DNA of 43,139 bases from Nemertoderma westbladi (lineage: Eukaryota; Animalia; Xenacoelomorpha), in the NCBI GenBank assembly GCA_032718475.1, contig JAUCBJ010003560.1, positions 1 through 43,139 of the forward strand, in the 5' to 3' direction. Below the pieces are notes generated by a model that was not told the DNA's origin, did not search any database, and saw nothing but the letters and a program-made list of their open reading frames with translations. Every line of letters starts with the position of its first letter. Positions within the stretch are counted from its first letter, which is position 1. Both the position numbers and the translations under genes were made by a program. Positions 23,413-36,646 of the stretch are shown piece after piece.

Positions 23413-23959
23413 TAATTTATGCGTTATGCATTAAATTATTATTAATTTATTTATTACCTCAGTGGATAATAATTATTTATTACCTGGAGAAAAAAAGGAA
23501 ATTTTTTCCTTATGTTTAGTTTCTGTAATTAATTTATTTACGCGCAGCGAGAGTTAATAAAGATTTAAGAAATTAAAAATTATTCATTTACATAATTATT
23601 TAAAATTAAATCTGAATAATAAATTCAACCAACAATTTTATGAAAAATAATTGATGAAAATAACAAATAAATACGGCTTCGGTAATTATTAATAACCACT
23701 GGGACCCAGCCTTCCCCTCCCATTGGCTGACTATTATTTACTGATTTACTGTGTTACCAGTACAAAAGGGCTATTCTGCTTTACCTATTGGTGCCTTTTT
23801 TAATTACCTTATATTGTCAAGAAACACCAAAGTTGGGCTCTCCACAATGATGGCGCCCCCTATTGTCTCGACGATAACATAATGATGCATTCATTGGTTT
23901 TGAATTTGAGTCGTGAACCCCATTATTCATTCATTCATTGTTATAGGCCTACAGTTTGG

Positions 23960-24780
23960 ACGTTTTATTCAGAAAGCCCCGGTTCACATTGCTTCGATTT
24001 TCCCCTGGAGAGGGATAAATTTTGATTGGATGGAAAGTCCCCCCTAACTGAATCATTAAGTTTAAATTTGATTTTGTGAACAGTGCTCATTTGTTACGAA
24101 AATAATATTTTGAAATAAATGGCAAGACTTACATATTATATTAATCAGAGACCTTTTTCAACGACTACATTTACATCATGGTATCAAACGTCAGTAAACA
24201 GGTCCTACAGGGTGACTCACTGTAGCCAACAACACTCTTCCTGTTATTCATTGGCGATCTTGCGCTGGTTATACAGAGCAAAGGAAGTCTGCTAATATTC
24301 ATCTTCTATGATGATGATTGTTCATTTATACATCAGATGGTGAAACATTACAGAAATCCATTACAGTTAGTGAATGGTGTTAACTCCAATGAGATGTATA
24401 TCAATTTAAAGAAAACAACAATTGTCAAGTTTCGAAAATGGTTCATTATCCCCCAGTTGTTTATCATTTAAATAAATGGTAAACAATGACTACTTGGGTA
24501 TCAAAATTCAGTCCTCATTAAGTCAATCACCACGTGGTAAACAAAAAAGAGAAGTGTTTTCAGGCCATTGGCTCATGTCCCGCTACCAACAGAAAGTTTC
24601 AGTAACTTCAGGAATTCGAATTTTCAACATGAAATTTGCTCCAACGGTACTACAGTATATGCTATTGATGCCTGTGCATCATACCTGTCTCTCCGAGATT
24701 TGAAAGAATTAGAACGCATTAAAACCACCTTTGCAATTAGCCTTGAAACTTATTGGAGAGGACACTCTTGTGAATGAATT
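23960..24780 (+). mobile_element. Highly degenerate LINE reverse transcriptase remnant
   Basis: Broken reading gives VLQGDSL*P.LFLLFIGDL (24200-24262), FYDDD (YADD-like, ~24305) and YLGIKIQS (~24490). Confidence 0.6.
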
Positions 24781-25080
24781 ACTGAAAAAAATCACCTCAT
24801 ATTTTTCCTGAAAAGGTAACCACTGACTACTGTCCATTTATTACGACAATCCATAAACATTGGCATTCAAACTGAAATATATTGTAAAGGTGCAGCATTC
24901 CATACTAATACCTGAAAATCAGCCATGCAATAACCCGCATGACGGCGCTTGGTTTCACTTTAAATTGTGCGTCACCGCAACCGCAACCACTCGCCGCACA
25001 TCTGCAGCAATGCTGCGACCTGGGCGGCATTGTAGGTATAAATAGGATCATACGAAATAATATTTTTATAAAATAGTAAT

Positions 25081-27162
25081 TAGTACAGGCTTCAGCCTAT
25101 GGCCCTGTAGGAATTTTTTTTTTTAATATGACTCGGCTACTCTACATAGATGTTTAGTGCAGACTTGGGACATTTAAAAAAATTTGGGTAGACTTCACCA
25201 AATGGTTGCGCTCGTTTTATAGGGGGTCTTAAACATAGCAACGGACAAAATTGCCATAGCAACAGCTCTTATAGTAGATATGACTATTTAATATTTATAG
25301 CAGATTAATATTATGCATATGAAGAATTTAATGGCATATTTAGTTTTTTGAAAATACCATAGCAACCAGGCGAAAACGACCTTCAAAGATAGCAATATTG
25401 ACAATGTCCATAGCAACGGGCTTTGTAATGCGTATTCAGTGGTCGATCATGATGGAATCTGAGCTGATATCACGTATAAGGAACAATATGCATTCTTTTT
25501 CCAGTTTCTAGTTGCCATGACAACGAGTAACCTTGACTAAAAACAAGCTACATATTAGCCGCAGCGTTTTTAAATCAACCTCTACCCCCACTATATCGAG
25601 TATAAGGAAAAATATGCAATATGTTTTACTTTTAATATCTGTTAGCCGTTTACACTATGTAAATTAATCATAATTATAACATTCTTTAACTATGGAATAA
25701 AATTGTGACAAGAATCTCAATTCCGACAGTATATTCAGTGCATATAACACCGTTACGCCTACAAGAACATCACTGCGTCACGCAGTCTTTCTGACAGGTA
25801 CATGTACTTACTTACCAGTGAATCAGGAATTGGTGAAAGGTATTTATTGGGCAACAACATTCCAATTTGCACCAGTATTCCAACCAAAATCGAATACACT
25901 TAGATTTATCACGGAGTCATTGCGTAATGATGCAATCTTATTTATTATGTAAAGACATCGCAAAATGTGACCATTTATGGATTTTGTTGTTGGAGGGAGA
26001 TCCAGGAATCTTTTGCTCGGGTTGCTGGTGAATAACGAGTACCGTAGCTCGTCGAATGTACTACATGTTGATTTAAATTGGACCACTTTCACAAGATATG
26101 CCTCAGCCTGTGGAAACATTAATTTCGACACATTCTGATCTTCACCAAAATTTAACAGGAATGCTTCCGGGTTTTAAAGCAGCAGGTTTCGTACCAACCT
26201 TGCTTGTTACGTCACCCCCAGTAACTTTGTGAGCCTTCATTATCACATGACATGTTCATGATCCAAGCTTTAGCGCTATTTCATGTAGACTCAAATATCT
26301 CATTTATTTTTAGCACCAACTCTAACCCATAACTCTAAAATTCCAAGTTTGAAGAAATAGTGCATAAAGTATAATAATATAACAACAACATCGGTATCAT
26401 TTGACAAAACTAAAACACGTCGCTGGCCGTTGTTTATTGAATCTTGTATGTGTGGTATTAGTCTCATATCGGCTTCTTCTACTGTAGACACTGTAGGATC
26501 TCAAATGTTCAATGTTGGTCTCAGTATAGTTGTATATCTTAGTTGCTTCATCATTCACATTACTATCATTATCTCGTAGCGTCCAATTAAATTTGATTGT
26601 AATTAGTGTAAACGGCTAACAGATATTAAAGACACTTTATTAACAATTCTGTCGCGTTGCCATGGCATCTAGAAAGCAAAACATATTGCATATTTTTCCT
26701 TATACTCGATATAGTGGGGGTAGAGGTTGATTTAAAAACGCTGCGGCTAATAAGTAGATTGTTTTTAGTCAAGGTTACTCGTTGTCATGGCAAATAGAAA
26801 CTGAAAAAGAATGCATATTGTTCCTACAAAGCCCGTTGCTATGGACATTGTCAATAGTGCTATTTTTGAAGGTCGTTTTCGCCTGGTTGCTATGGTATTT
26901 TCAAAAATTAAATGCCATTAAATTCTTAATATCCAAAATATTAATCTGCTATAAATTTTAAATCATCATATCTGCTATAAGAGCTGTTGCTATGGCAATT
27001 TTCTCCGTTGCTATGTTTAAGACCCCCTAAAAAACGAGCGCAACCATTTGGTGAAGTCTACCCAAATGTTTTTAAATGTCCCAAGTCTGCACTAAACATC
27101 TATGTAGTGTAGCCGAGTCATATATAAAATTCCTACGGGGCCATAGGCTGGAGCCTGTACTA
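25081..27162 (-). mobile_element. Non-autonomous AcademX-like DNA transposon with ~570-bp TIRs, a 3-bp TSD (AAT) and an internal XPG-like/Cys-finger transposase remnant
   Basis: Termini TAGTACAGGCT..CAGCCTATGGCCC / ...GGGCCATAGGCTGGAGCCTGTACTA, with AAT on both sides (25078-80, 27163-65). The arms are 25081-~25655 and ~26605-27162. Confidence 0.85.
25715..26491 (-). pseudogene. Fragmented Academ-type transposase C-terminus (XPG/FEN-like nuclease plus Cys-rich finger)
   Basis: EEADMRLIPH...SNDTDV...LW; H..TG.D.TS; DELRY..F...LPPT......HILR; GW; then CTCQKDCVTQ*CSCRRNGVICTEYC, with stops and frameshifts. Confidence 0.8.
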
Positions 27163-27399
27163 AATCCTTATATTATGTTACATTATGTTTCTAAGGTCGA
27201 AATATATATTATATACAGTACCTCAATATTAGCATACTACTTACTCTATTAAATAATTTCTAATTGTATTACAAATTTAACGTACACCAGTACAGATTGT
27301 CTGACATTAAATAAATATACAATATTCTGGAACATGTTGTTTATGTATGAATATCAACCTACTACTATTATTATACAGATGTATTGCATTGTTACCCAG

Positions 27400-27530
27400 C
27401 TACTTATGAGATAAACTAAAAGTTCCAGAACTTTGGGATGCATCCTGGCTAGTCATCTTAAAGCATTCGTGCAGAAACGAAAACTAACCTGGCTCCATCA
27501 GGGATCGAACCTACGACCTCCAGTGAGATG
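27400..27530 (-). mobile_element. tRNA-derived SINE remnant
   Basis: The minus strand reads ggaggtcgtaggttcgatccctgatggagcca (T-arm/B box). The 5' half of a tRNA is not recognisable. Confidence 0.4.
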
Positions 27531-29958
27531 AGAATACAAGTCACAATTATGTCAAATTAGTATCTGTACAGGTTATAAGATACAAATAATCTTTGTTCAA
27601 TTAAAAGTGAATAAGATTAATGCTTTCCAATTGAAATATATTAAACATGGACCGACAAATATAAATATCCAACACAAATAAAAATAGCGCAACATTCCAT
27701 GTGTAATATAATTATGTAATAAGATTTCAGCCAAACATATAAATTTTTAGCCAACAACATAAATAAGTAGATAAAGAGAATTAGACGTAGCTAAAGTCAA
27801 TTAAAGTAACTAATTAATTTAATAAATAAATACCCATTTTATATTAATAAAATGTGAAATCCATTCGTTTTCAGTGAGATAATAAATTATTAACCTTTAT
27901 AAATAAATCGTTTTAGTAGCGCATTAAATAAATATTCCAATAAAATAATATTTATTTTTCAAAAGTTAAATAAATAAATAACTGGAATGTGAAACCATGG
28001 CAACCTGCTACTGTTTAGTTTTAGACAATAATTTATTTTTAATTAATTATTGGTCTCTAAATTTGATTAAAAAATCGGTAAAGATTGCACAAATTATAAT
28101 TACTACTCTTATAATTATTAACTAAACTAATAGTTTTGTATTTCCCGCTAAATACTGACAAATGTGTTGTAATAACTTCTAGAAAATACGTGGAAATTAT
28201 ACTAAACAACTAGATATAATAAACAAACCGATGTACTACTGTATTTATGATAAATTCAAATATTGCCAATATATAATATTACCCTACTGCCACCAAAGTA
28301 CCTATGTCCAAAATGGAAAATTGTCAAAAATGGAAAACTTTCAAATTAAAGCACAACAGCACCTATTTATAATTAATGTATTTTAAATTTACAATTCATT
28401 TAAATATTAAAGTAGGATCACGTTAACTAAAATCTATACACAACGAACTTATACATACTAGTGTTTCCTATTAGCCACTTTATTACCATTAATTAAGATT
28501 TCGTAGGGGCAGAGTGAATCTTGGGAAAAAAACATTATACAGTTCATATTATTAGAATTAATTGAAACAATAGCGAATGTAATATAGGGTAAAATATTTA
28601 TTTAGCGGGCGGGGGTGGGCATGCAACGAAAGAACAATAATAAAATAATAATAATAAATATATTGAACAACCATGGCAACCATATACGCTTATGACCTTG
28701 AGCTTTTGTATTTGATGTGGTTTTCTATATTTCCGCTAGGTGGCGCAATATAATTTCGGCCACTTTATAGATCTAAGTCAGTAGGCTTACAGTTACAGAG
28801 CAGTCTATAGCTATACAACAGCTATATAATAGACGGGACCCCATTATATAATTCGTGTTATTGAGAACACAGGAAAGAGTTCATAAGCCTGAGTCATTAA
28901 TAAATGTACAGGAGCAAAATTTAGCATTATTTTGTAACCATGTTTGTCTTTCAATAACTTTCACTTTTGATGATGCAGCAGTGTCTGTACACTACACTGT
29001 ACAGTATTGTTGTTGTTTCAGTATTCCGCTGTCACTTCGAGCAATATCCTGAATACATTTCGATCTCAACGCTGTTCTGCTCATATTTTGTCTTTCATTT
29101 TGGGAACAATTTTGGTCTGAGCCTTGCAGGAGACTGAGTCCTGATTTCTCGGATTATCTCGCTTGGCTAACTGTAACCTGTAACTGGCATGGAGGGCGCC
29201 ACACATACAGACTTTATGATATAATTATTAAGTGCGACCATGACCTATTTCAGAGTAAACATCAAATAAAATAACTTCAAAAAACTCAGGTTCAGATAGT
29301 GAAGGGTATTTGGTTGCCGATAAGAGAGATAATAATAAAATGTACAGTGAAGCAAAACAATTAGCACAATATGGGGCGAGGGGGTGGGGGGTGAGGGGGG
29401 GGGGGGGGGGGGGGGGGGTGGGGGGGCATAAATAAATATATCGACACTCACTTAATCACATTATAAACATTATACAAAGAATAATAAATAGTAACACAAT
29501 GAATGATATACCAAGATATTGGACTCGGTTGACATAAGTTAGTCCGATAATGGCGGCACCCAAAATATAAATAGTGTGTGGGGCGAGCCACAAAGTCTAG
29601 GTGAGCCTTAGCGTAGTGGGATAATTAGTGGACCGTCTGACGTTGTGGATGTTGGAATTGATTTACGCTAATGTCTGTCAATCGGTCAATGAAATGGAAC
29701 AAAACTTGGTACGCATGTTAGTCTGTTGATAAATTTTACACACAGATGGATTTCTATAGTTCATCTATCGGCCGCTAAGGGGAGTGACCAGATCGCCTAA
29801 TTTTACTGCAACGCCAAGGATCATCTAGACATCGTGCTGTGCGACGCCACACACCCGTGTTCCAACCTTAGATACAAAACACGCACAGACACTGAGACCA
29901 TCAGCTTCCCCCGTAGCTTAAAGCACAGGCTTGCACATTCACACACAAACCACTTCCC

Positions 29959-31564
29959 AATATCACATAGCAATGTGTCGCACCTTCAGACACCAACCCA
30001 TATCACATAGCAATGTGTCGCACCTTCAGACACCAACCCATATCAGATAGCAATGTGTCGCACCTTCAGACACCAACCCATATCACATAGCAATGTGTCG
30101 CACCTTCAGACACCAACCCATATCAGATAGCAATGTGTCGCACCTTCAGACACCAACCCATATCAGATAGCAATGTGTCGCACCTTCAGACACCAACCCA
30201 TATCAGATAGCAATGTGTCGCACCTTCAGACACCAACCCATATCAGATAGCAATGTGTCGCACCTTCAGACACCAACCCATATCAGATAGCAATGTGTCG
30301 CACCTTCAGACACCAACCCATATCAGATAGCAATGTGTCGCACCTTCAGACACCAACCCATATCAGATAGCAATGTGTCGCACCTTCAGACACCAACCCA
30401 TATCAGATAGCAATGTGTCGCACCTTCAGACACCAACCCATATCAGATAGCAATGTGTCGCACCTTCAGACACCAACCCATATCAGATAGCAATGTGTCG
30501 CACCTTCAGACACCAACCCATATCAGATAGCAATGTGTCGCAACCTTCAGACACCAACCCATATCAGATAGCAATGTGTCGCACCTTCAGACACCAACCC
30601 ATATCAGATAGCAATGTGTCGCACCTTCAGACACCAACCCATATCAGATAGCAATGTGTCGCACCTTCAGACACCAACCCATATCAGATAGCAATGTGTC
30701 GCACCTTCAGACACCAACCCATATCAGATAGCAATGTGTCGCACCTTCAGACACCAACCCATATCAGATAGCAATGTGTCGCACCTTCAGACACCAACCC
30801 ATATCAGATAGCAATGTGTCGCACCTTCAGACACCAACCCATATCAGATAGCAATGTGTCGCAACCTTCAGACACCAACCCATATCAGATAGCAATGTGT
30901 CGCACCTTCAGACACCAACCCATATCAGATAGCAATGTGTCGCACCTTCAGACACCAACCCATATCACATAGCAATGTGTCGCACCTTCAGACACCAACC
31001 CATATCAGATAGCAATGTGTCGCACCTTCAGACACCAACCCATATCAGATAGCAATGTGTCGCACCTTCAGACACCAACCCATATCAGATAGCAATGTGT
31101 CGCACCTTCAGACACCAACCCATATCAGATAGCAATGTGTCGCACCTTCAGACACCAACCCATATCAGATAGCAATGTGTCGCAACCTTCAGACACCAAC
31201 CCATATCACATAGCAATGTGTCGCACCTTCAGACACCAACCCATATCACATAGCAATGTGTCGCAACCTTCAGACACAAACCCATATCAGATAGCAATGT
31301 GTCGCACCTTCAGTCACCAACCCATATCAGATAGCAATGTGTTGCACCTTCAGACACCAACCCATATCAGATAGCAATGTGTCGCACCTTCAGTCACCAA
31401 CCCATATCAGATAGCAATGTGTTGCACCTTCAGACACCAACCCATATCAGATAGCAATGTGTCGCACCTTCAGACACCAACCCATATCAGATAGCAATGT
31501 GCCGCACCTTCAGACACCAACCCATATCACATAGCAATGTGTCGCAACCTTCAGACACCAACCC
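29959..31564. repeat. 40-bp minisatellite, ~40 copies (tatcagatagcaatgtgtcgcaccttcagacaccaaccca)
   Basis: Direct inspection; occasional +A and cac/cag variants. Confidence 0.98.
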
Positions 31565-31688
31565 CTTCCCAATAACATATAGTGTCTCAATGGTGTTGCA
31601 CCTTCAGCACATAAATAATTTATCTAAATAAAAACACCTTAAATTATTACCCAAAATGAACACATTGGGTCGAAATCTTGTTGAACAA

Positions 31689-32326
31689 TCGGTACTACAT
31701 TGCCCTGTCGACACCCCCTATATTTTTTTAACCATTAATTTTTATGTTCTAGAACCTTAGTTGATATTTTTTTTATGGTAGCTAGTGTTTTTTTTCAAGT
31801 TAGTCTTTTTTGAACATAAAAATTTTTTGTTAACATTATTAGTTATGCTAGCTAGTGTTTTTATGGAGCTAGTAAATTTTTTACTAGCTATAGTAATATA
31901 ATGTATTTAAAATGTTTAATAACTGATTTTTTTTTATATATTGCGTATGTACACTGTGTTGTTGGTTGGTTAACAAGCCTAAATTATTATCCTAGATAAT
32001 AGATGGATCTCATTCAGGGACACTTTGCTGAATTTAGATCCAAAAAAACTGTACCACCACAAGATGTTCAGCTTAAACTGTTAAAATATCATCAGTATTT
32101 TTGGTAATTAATATATTCTGCAACAGTTTAATTCTGAAATATCAATGTTTCGCAATTTTTTTATAATTTCAAAAAAATACTAGGAAGCAAAAAAACACTA
32201 TCATAAAAAATATTATCTACTAAAGTTCTAGAATATTCGCCAATATCAAAAAAAAGCAGTAAAAAACACTAAAAAATGAAAGATAAGAAATAGCAGTGGG
32301 AGGTCGACAGGGCGAAGTTGTACCGA
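31689..32326. mobile_element. MITE with ~30-bp TIRs and a 4-bp TSD (ACAA)
   Basis: tcggtactacattgccctgtcgac / gtcgacagggcgaagttgtaccga, with acaa at 31685-88 and 32327-30. Further internal inverted similarity (gttctagaac.ttag / ctaaagttctagaa). Confidence 0.75.
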
Positions 32327-33350
32327 ACAAATAATATTAATAAAATGGAACAGAAAAAACATTGAAATAAATTGATGAGCTGCGGATAGTAAAACAGTTA
32401 TAATAGATAACTTAAAGCTATAATAATATTAACAAAGAACATCAAGATTATTATTATAGGTTTAATAATATAATTAAAATGATACGATATTATTGTGGTA
32501 AGACAAATATTTTAGTCTAGAAATTCTTAACAGAGAGAATCCAAAAACTGCACAAAAAATATCCGAAATTTTAATATTCTTTATCTTGTAAAATTATTAC
32601 TGATTTACACCTCAAATTAATGAGCGACCAGAATTATTTAACAACACAGAATAGCGAATTTAGATTTTGTTTTAATAAAATAAATATTATCCCCGGATAT
32701 TATATTATCTTTTGTAATCCAAAAAAATAAAAGAAAATACAGATGGACCTCTTTAGGTTCTCAAAATTCCAGGTAAAATCTTGAAAGTCTCTGCTGCAGA
32801 AATGAATGACAACGTATATAATAATTTCTATTAAATTAGCACCGTTCACCATAATAATACGGTGTAATGTAAATGAATGACAACCCTTACCGAGCCGACA
32901 ACCAAAATATAGAATAATTCCCGAACTATCACTCCCTAACTAATAAACAACTTCTATAAAAACCGAAATAGAATTACAATTTATTTAACTATTTGGATTG
33001 CCGATTGCGTTTTTAAACTTTAAACGAGAAACTCAATTTTTATATAAAATTAATAACATTTTTGTGGCATAAAATCCCTTTAACTTAAAGGAAAATGACG
33101 CGATAAGTACTCACTATCCATCGACGCGATTTTTTGCTTTTTTTTTCGCAATTTTATACGGTATTTATTTCTTGCCGCGTTTTGTATGGCCTTTTAATTG
33201 TTTTTTTTGTGAAAACTCGTAAAAAAAAACAATAAATAAACCTCTCAAAAACGCAACGGAAATACTCGTTAACCTTCGTAGATATATATAACGATAGAAT
33301 CTATCCTAACCGGTGATTGGATAATAATTCCAACCAATCAGATATCTCGT

Positions 33351-34193
33351 TTAAACTTCCAACACGACAATCATAATGATCGCTACAACGACGGACACAA
33401 CTATTCCGACACCGATTAGTCGCCGATTCCGGCCGAGGAACCCAGGAGAATTATCCTCGTGGTCTGCCATCTGGCGTCGTCTACGTCTCCGTCTCCCTCC
33501 CAACCAATCGGACTGCTTCTCCTCGGGTACCATCTCGCTATTGGTTGCCACTTCCTCGACCCTCGCCGCCGCGGCGGCCGCTACGCATCCGTCGTCGCAC
33601 GGAACCTCCGCTCGCCCGCTCGCTACATCCACGCACGGGAGTTGCTTCTTCCTCCGTTTACACGGACAGCGAACCAACTTCCTCGCGGAACATCGCTCGG
33701 CCGGGGGGCAGCCCCCGCTGTGGCACTCCTGGAAGCATTGGTGTCCGCAGGACAACATCCGCGGGCACTGAGACTGGCAGGAAGCCATCGTCTCTTGGCC
33801 TTCTTCGCAAGCCGAGGTCCACTTCCAACAGGTGAGGAACAGCAGCATACCGCGGCAGTGGCAACGCATTCGCACGATCCGGTCGCACTGCGGACAATCC
33901 CCGGGATGGCAGGGCAGCCCGCAGGGATGGCTGCATCCCGACGGTCTAGGGATCCCGCATCCCTCGTCGCATTCCTCGCACTCATCTCCCGCCGCCGCCA
34001 CAGTAGCCGCCACAGTGTCGTCGTCCCCATCTTCTTCAACCACCACCGCTACTGTGTGGCACTCCAGTTGGCACGTGTGGTTGGTGCAGGGCAGGCCGCG
34101 GCCGCATGGAGCTCCGCAGCTGTACGGTTTGGATAGATGGCACGGGAAGGAGCGGGAATCGTGGAGACCTAAACACGAGGTTGTTATGGGAAC
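33351..34193 (-). CDS. NFXL1: NF-X1-type zinc finger protein NFXL1, last coding exon (with C-terminal transmembrane helix)
   Basis: Acceptor catacag|GTT at 34193, phase 0, reading VPITTSCLGLH...PCH...YSC...CGR.L.C.NHTC..ECH...GCSHPC.LPCHPG.CP.C...CGHQC...CHSG.CP...VRCPCKR.KK. It ends in a hydrophobic helix LIGVGIVVSVVVAIIMIVVLEV*. Confidence 0.92.
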   Translation of the reverse strand, partial: VPITTSCLGLHDSRSFPCHLSKPYSCGAPCGRGLPCTNHTCQLECHTVAVVVEEDGDDDTVAATVAAAGDECEECDEGCGIPRPSGCSHPCGLPCHPGDCPQCDRIVRMRCHCRGMLLFLTCWKWTSACEEGQETMASCQSQCPRMLSCGHQCFQECHSGGCPPAERCSARKLVRCPCKRRKKQLPCVDVASGRAEVPCDDGCVAAAAAARVEEVATNSEMVPEEKQSDWLGGRRRRRRRQMADHEDNSPGFLGRNRRLIGVGIVVSVVVAIIMIVVLEV

Positions 34194-34418
34194 CTGTATG
34201 GATATAAAGTTATAGTATGGATATATATAATATAACAGAATAATAAAAAGTAATAAATAAAAAATAAAGTGATAGATCCATTTATTTCTATAAGAACAAA
34301 AACAACTTAATCAATCAAAAAGTGTTTGATAAAAGTAACAGTAAGGCTATAAAGTAACAGTAAGGCTATAAAGTAACAGTACAAGTTAAAGGTAACAAAC
34401 TGGTAAGTGAACAAAAAT

Positions 34419-36381
34419 GTGATCTTCCACAGTAAACCCTTCCACTCCGTCTCCTAAAGGAATGCCTGTTCACAAGCATGAGTGATCTTCCACAGTAAAC
34501 ACTCCACTCTGTTTCCTAAAGGAATGTCTGTTCACTACCATGGGTGATCTTCCACAGTAAACCCTTCCACTCCGTTTCCTAAAGGAATGCCTGTTCACAA
34601 GCATGGGTGATCTTCCACAGTAAACACTCCACTCTGTTTCCTAAAGGAATGCCTGTTCACAAGCATGGGTGATCTTCCACAGTAAACACTCCACTCTGTT
34701 TCCTAAAGGAATGCCTGTTCACAAGCATGGGTGATCTTCCACAGTAAACCCTTCCACTCCGTTTCCTAAAGGAATGCATGTTCACAAGCATGGGTGATCT
34801 TCCACAGTAAACACTCCACTCTGTTTCCTAAAGGAATGCCTGTTCACAAGCATGGGTGATCTTCCACAGTAAACACTCCACTCTGTTTCCTAAAGGAATG
34901 CCTGTTCACAAGCATGGGTGATCTTCCACAGTAAACCCTTCCACTCCGTTTCCTAAAGGAATGCCTGTTCACTACCATGGGTGATCTTCCACAGTAAACC
35001 CTTCCACTCGTGTCCTAAAGGAATGCCTGTTCACAAGCATGGGTGATCTTCCACAGTAAACACTCCACTCTGTTTCCTAAAGGAATGTCTGTGCACTACC
35101 ATGGGTGATCTTCCACAGTAAACCCTTCCACTCCGTTTCCTAAAGGAATGCCTGTTCACAAGCATGGGTGATCTTCCACAGTAAACACTCCACTCTGTTT
35201 CCTAAAGGAATGCCTGTTCACAAGCATGGGTGATCTTCCACAGTAAACACTCCACTCTGTTTCCTAAAGGAATGCCTGTTCACAAGCATGGGTGATCTTC
35301 CACAGTAAACCCTTCCACTCCGTTTCCTAAAGGAATGCCTGTTCACTACCATGGGTGATCTTCCACAGTAAACCCTTCCACTCGTGTCCTAAAGGAATGC
35401 CTGTTCACAAGCATGGGTGATCTTCCACAGTAAACACTCCACTCTGTTTCCTAAAGGAATGCCTGTTCACAAGCATGGGTGATCTTCCATAGTAAACACT
35501 CCACTCTGTTTCCTAAAGGAATACCTGTTCATCACCATGGGTGATCTTCCACAGTAAACACTCCACTCTGTTTACCAAAGGAATGCCTGTTCACCACCAT
35601 GGATGATCTTCCACAGTTAACCCTTCCACTCTGTTTCCTAAAGGAATGCCTGTTCACAAGCATGGGTGATCTTCCACAGTAAAACCTTCCACTCCGTTTC
35701 CTAAAGGAATGCCTGTTCACAAGCATGGGTGATCTTCCACAGTAAACACTCCACTCTGTTTCCTAAAGGAATGCCTGTTCACAAGCATGGGTGATCTTCC
35801 ACAGTAAACACTCCACTCTGTTTCCTAAAGGAATGCCTGTTCACAAGCATGGGTGATCTTCCACAGTAAACACTTCCATTCCGTTTCCTAAAGGAATGCC
35901 TGTTCACCACCATGGGTGATCTTACACAGTAAACCCTTCCACTCTGTGTCCTAAAGGAATGCCTGTTCACAAGCATGGGTGATCTTCCACAGTAAACCCT
36001 TCCACTCCGTTTCCTAAAGGAATGCCTGTTCACAAGCATGGGTGATCTTCCACAGTAAACACTCCACTCTGTTTCCTAAAGGAATGCCTGTTCACAAGCA
36101 TGGGTGATCTTCCACAGTAAACACTCCACTCTGTTTCCTAAAGGAATGCCTATTCACAAGCATGGGTGATCTTCCACAGTAAACCCTTCCACTCCGTTTC
36201 CTAAAGGAATGCCTGTTCACAAGCATGGGTGATCTTCCACAGTAAACACTCCACTCTGTTTCCTAAAGGAATGCCTGTTCACAAGCATGGGTGATCTTCC
36301 ACAGTAAACACTTCCATTCCGTTTCCAAAAGGAATGCCTGTTCACCACCATGGGTGATCTTACACAGTAAACCCTTCCACC
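34419..36381. repeat. 62/63-bp minisatellite, ~31 copies, inside the last NFXL1 intron
   Basis: Unit tgatcttccacagtaaac(actccactct|ccttccactcc)gtttcctaaaggaatgcctgttcac(aag|tac|cac)catggg. Confidence 0.97.
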
Positions 36382-36646
36382 CGGTACAAATAATACTTTC
36401 AGTTTATCGTTGTACCGGTAGGGTTGAGCTACAAATGAAAGGCCTACCTGTACCAGCAGAACCATTTCTAAAGTTGTCAGCGCGGATTATAAAGTTGTGT
36501 GTGTGGATTATAAAGTTGTGTGTGTGGATTATAAAGTTGTGATGTTGTTAAAATAAAGACGAAAAAATATAATTAAATATAGAATAAATAAATTAGGCCT
36601 ACCTTCTGTAAATAAATGACAACCATTAGACTCATAGTTTACTAAC

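Noticed and set aside
28960-29200. Possible minus-strand exon after a ttacag acceptor near 29178
   Set aside because: Reading frames close within ~30 codons and show no recognisable similarity.
8641-36381. Tandem arrays (30, 31, 40, 62/63 bp) as CRISPR arrays
   Set aside because: Units are head-to-tail with no unique spacers, there are no cas genes, and the context is eukaryotic.
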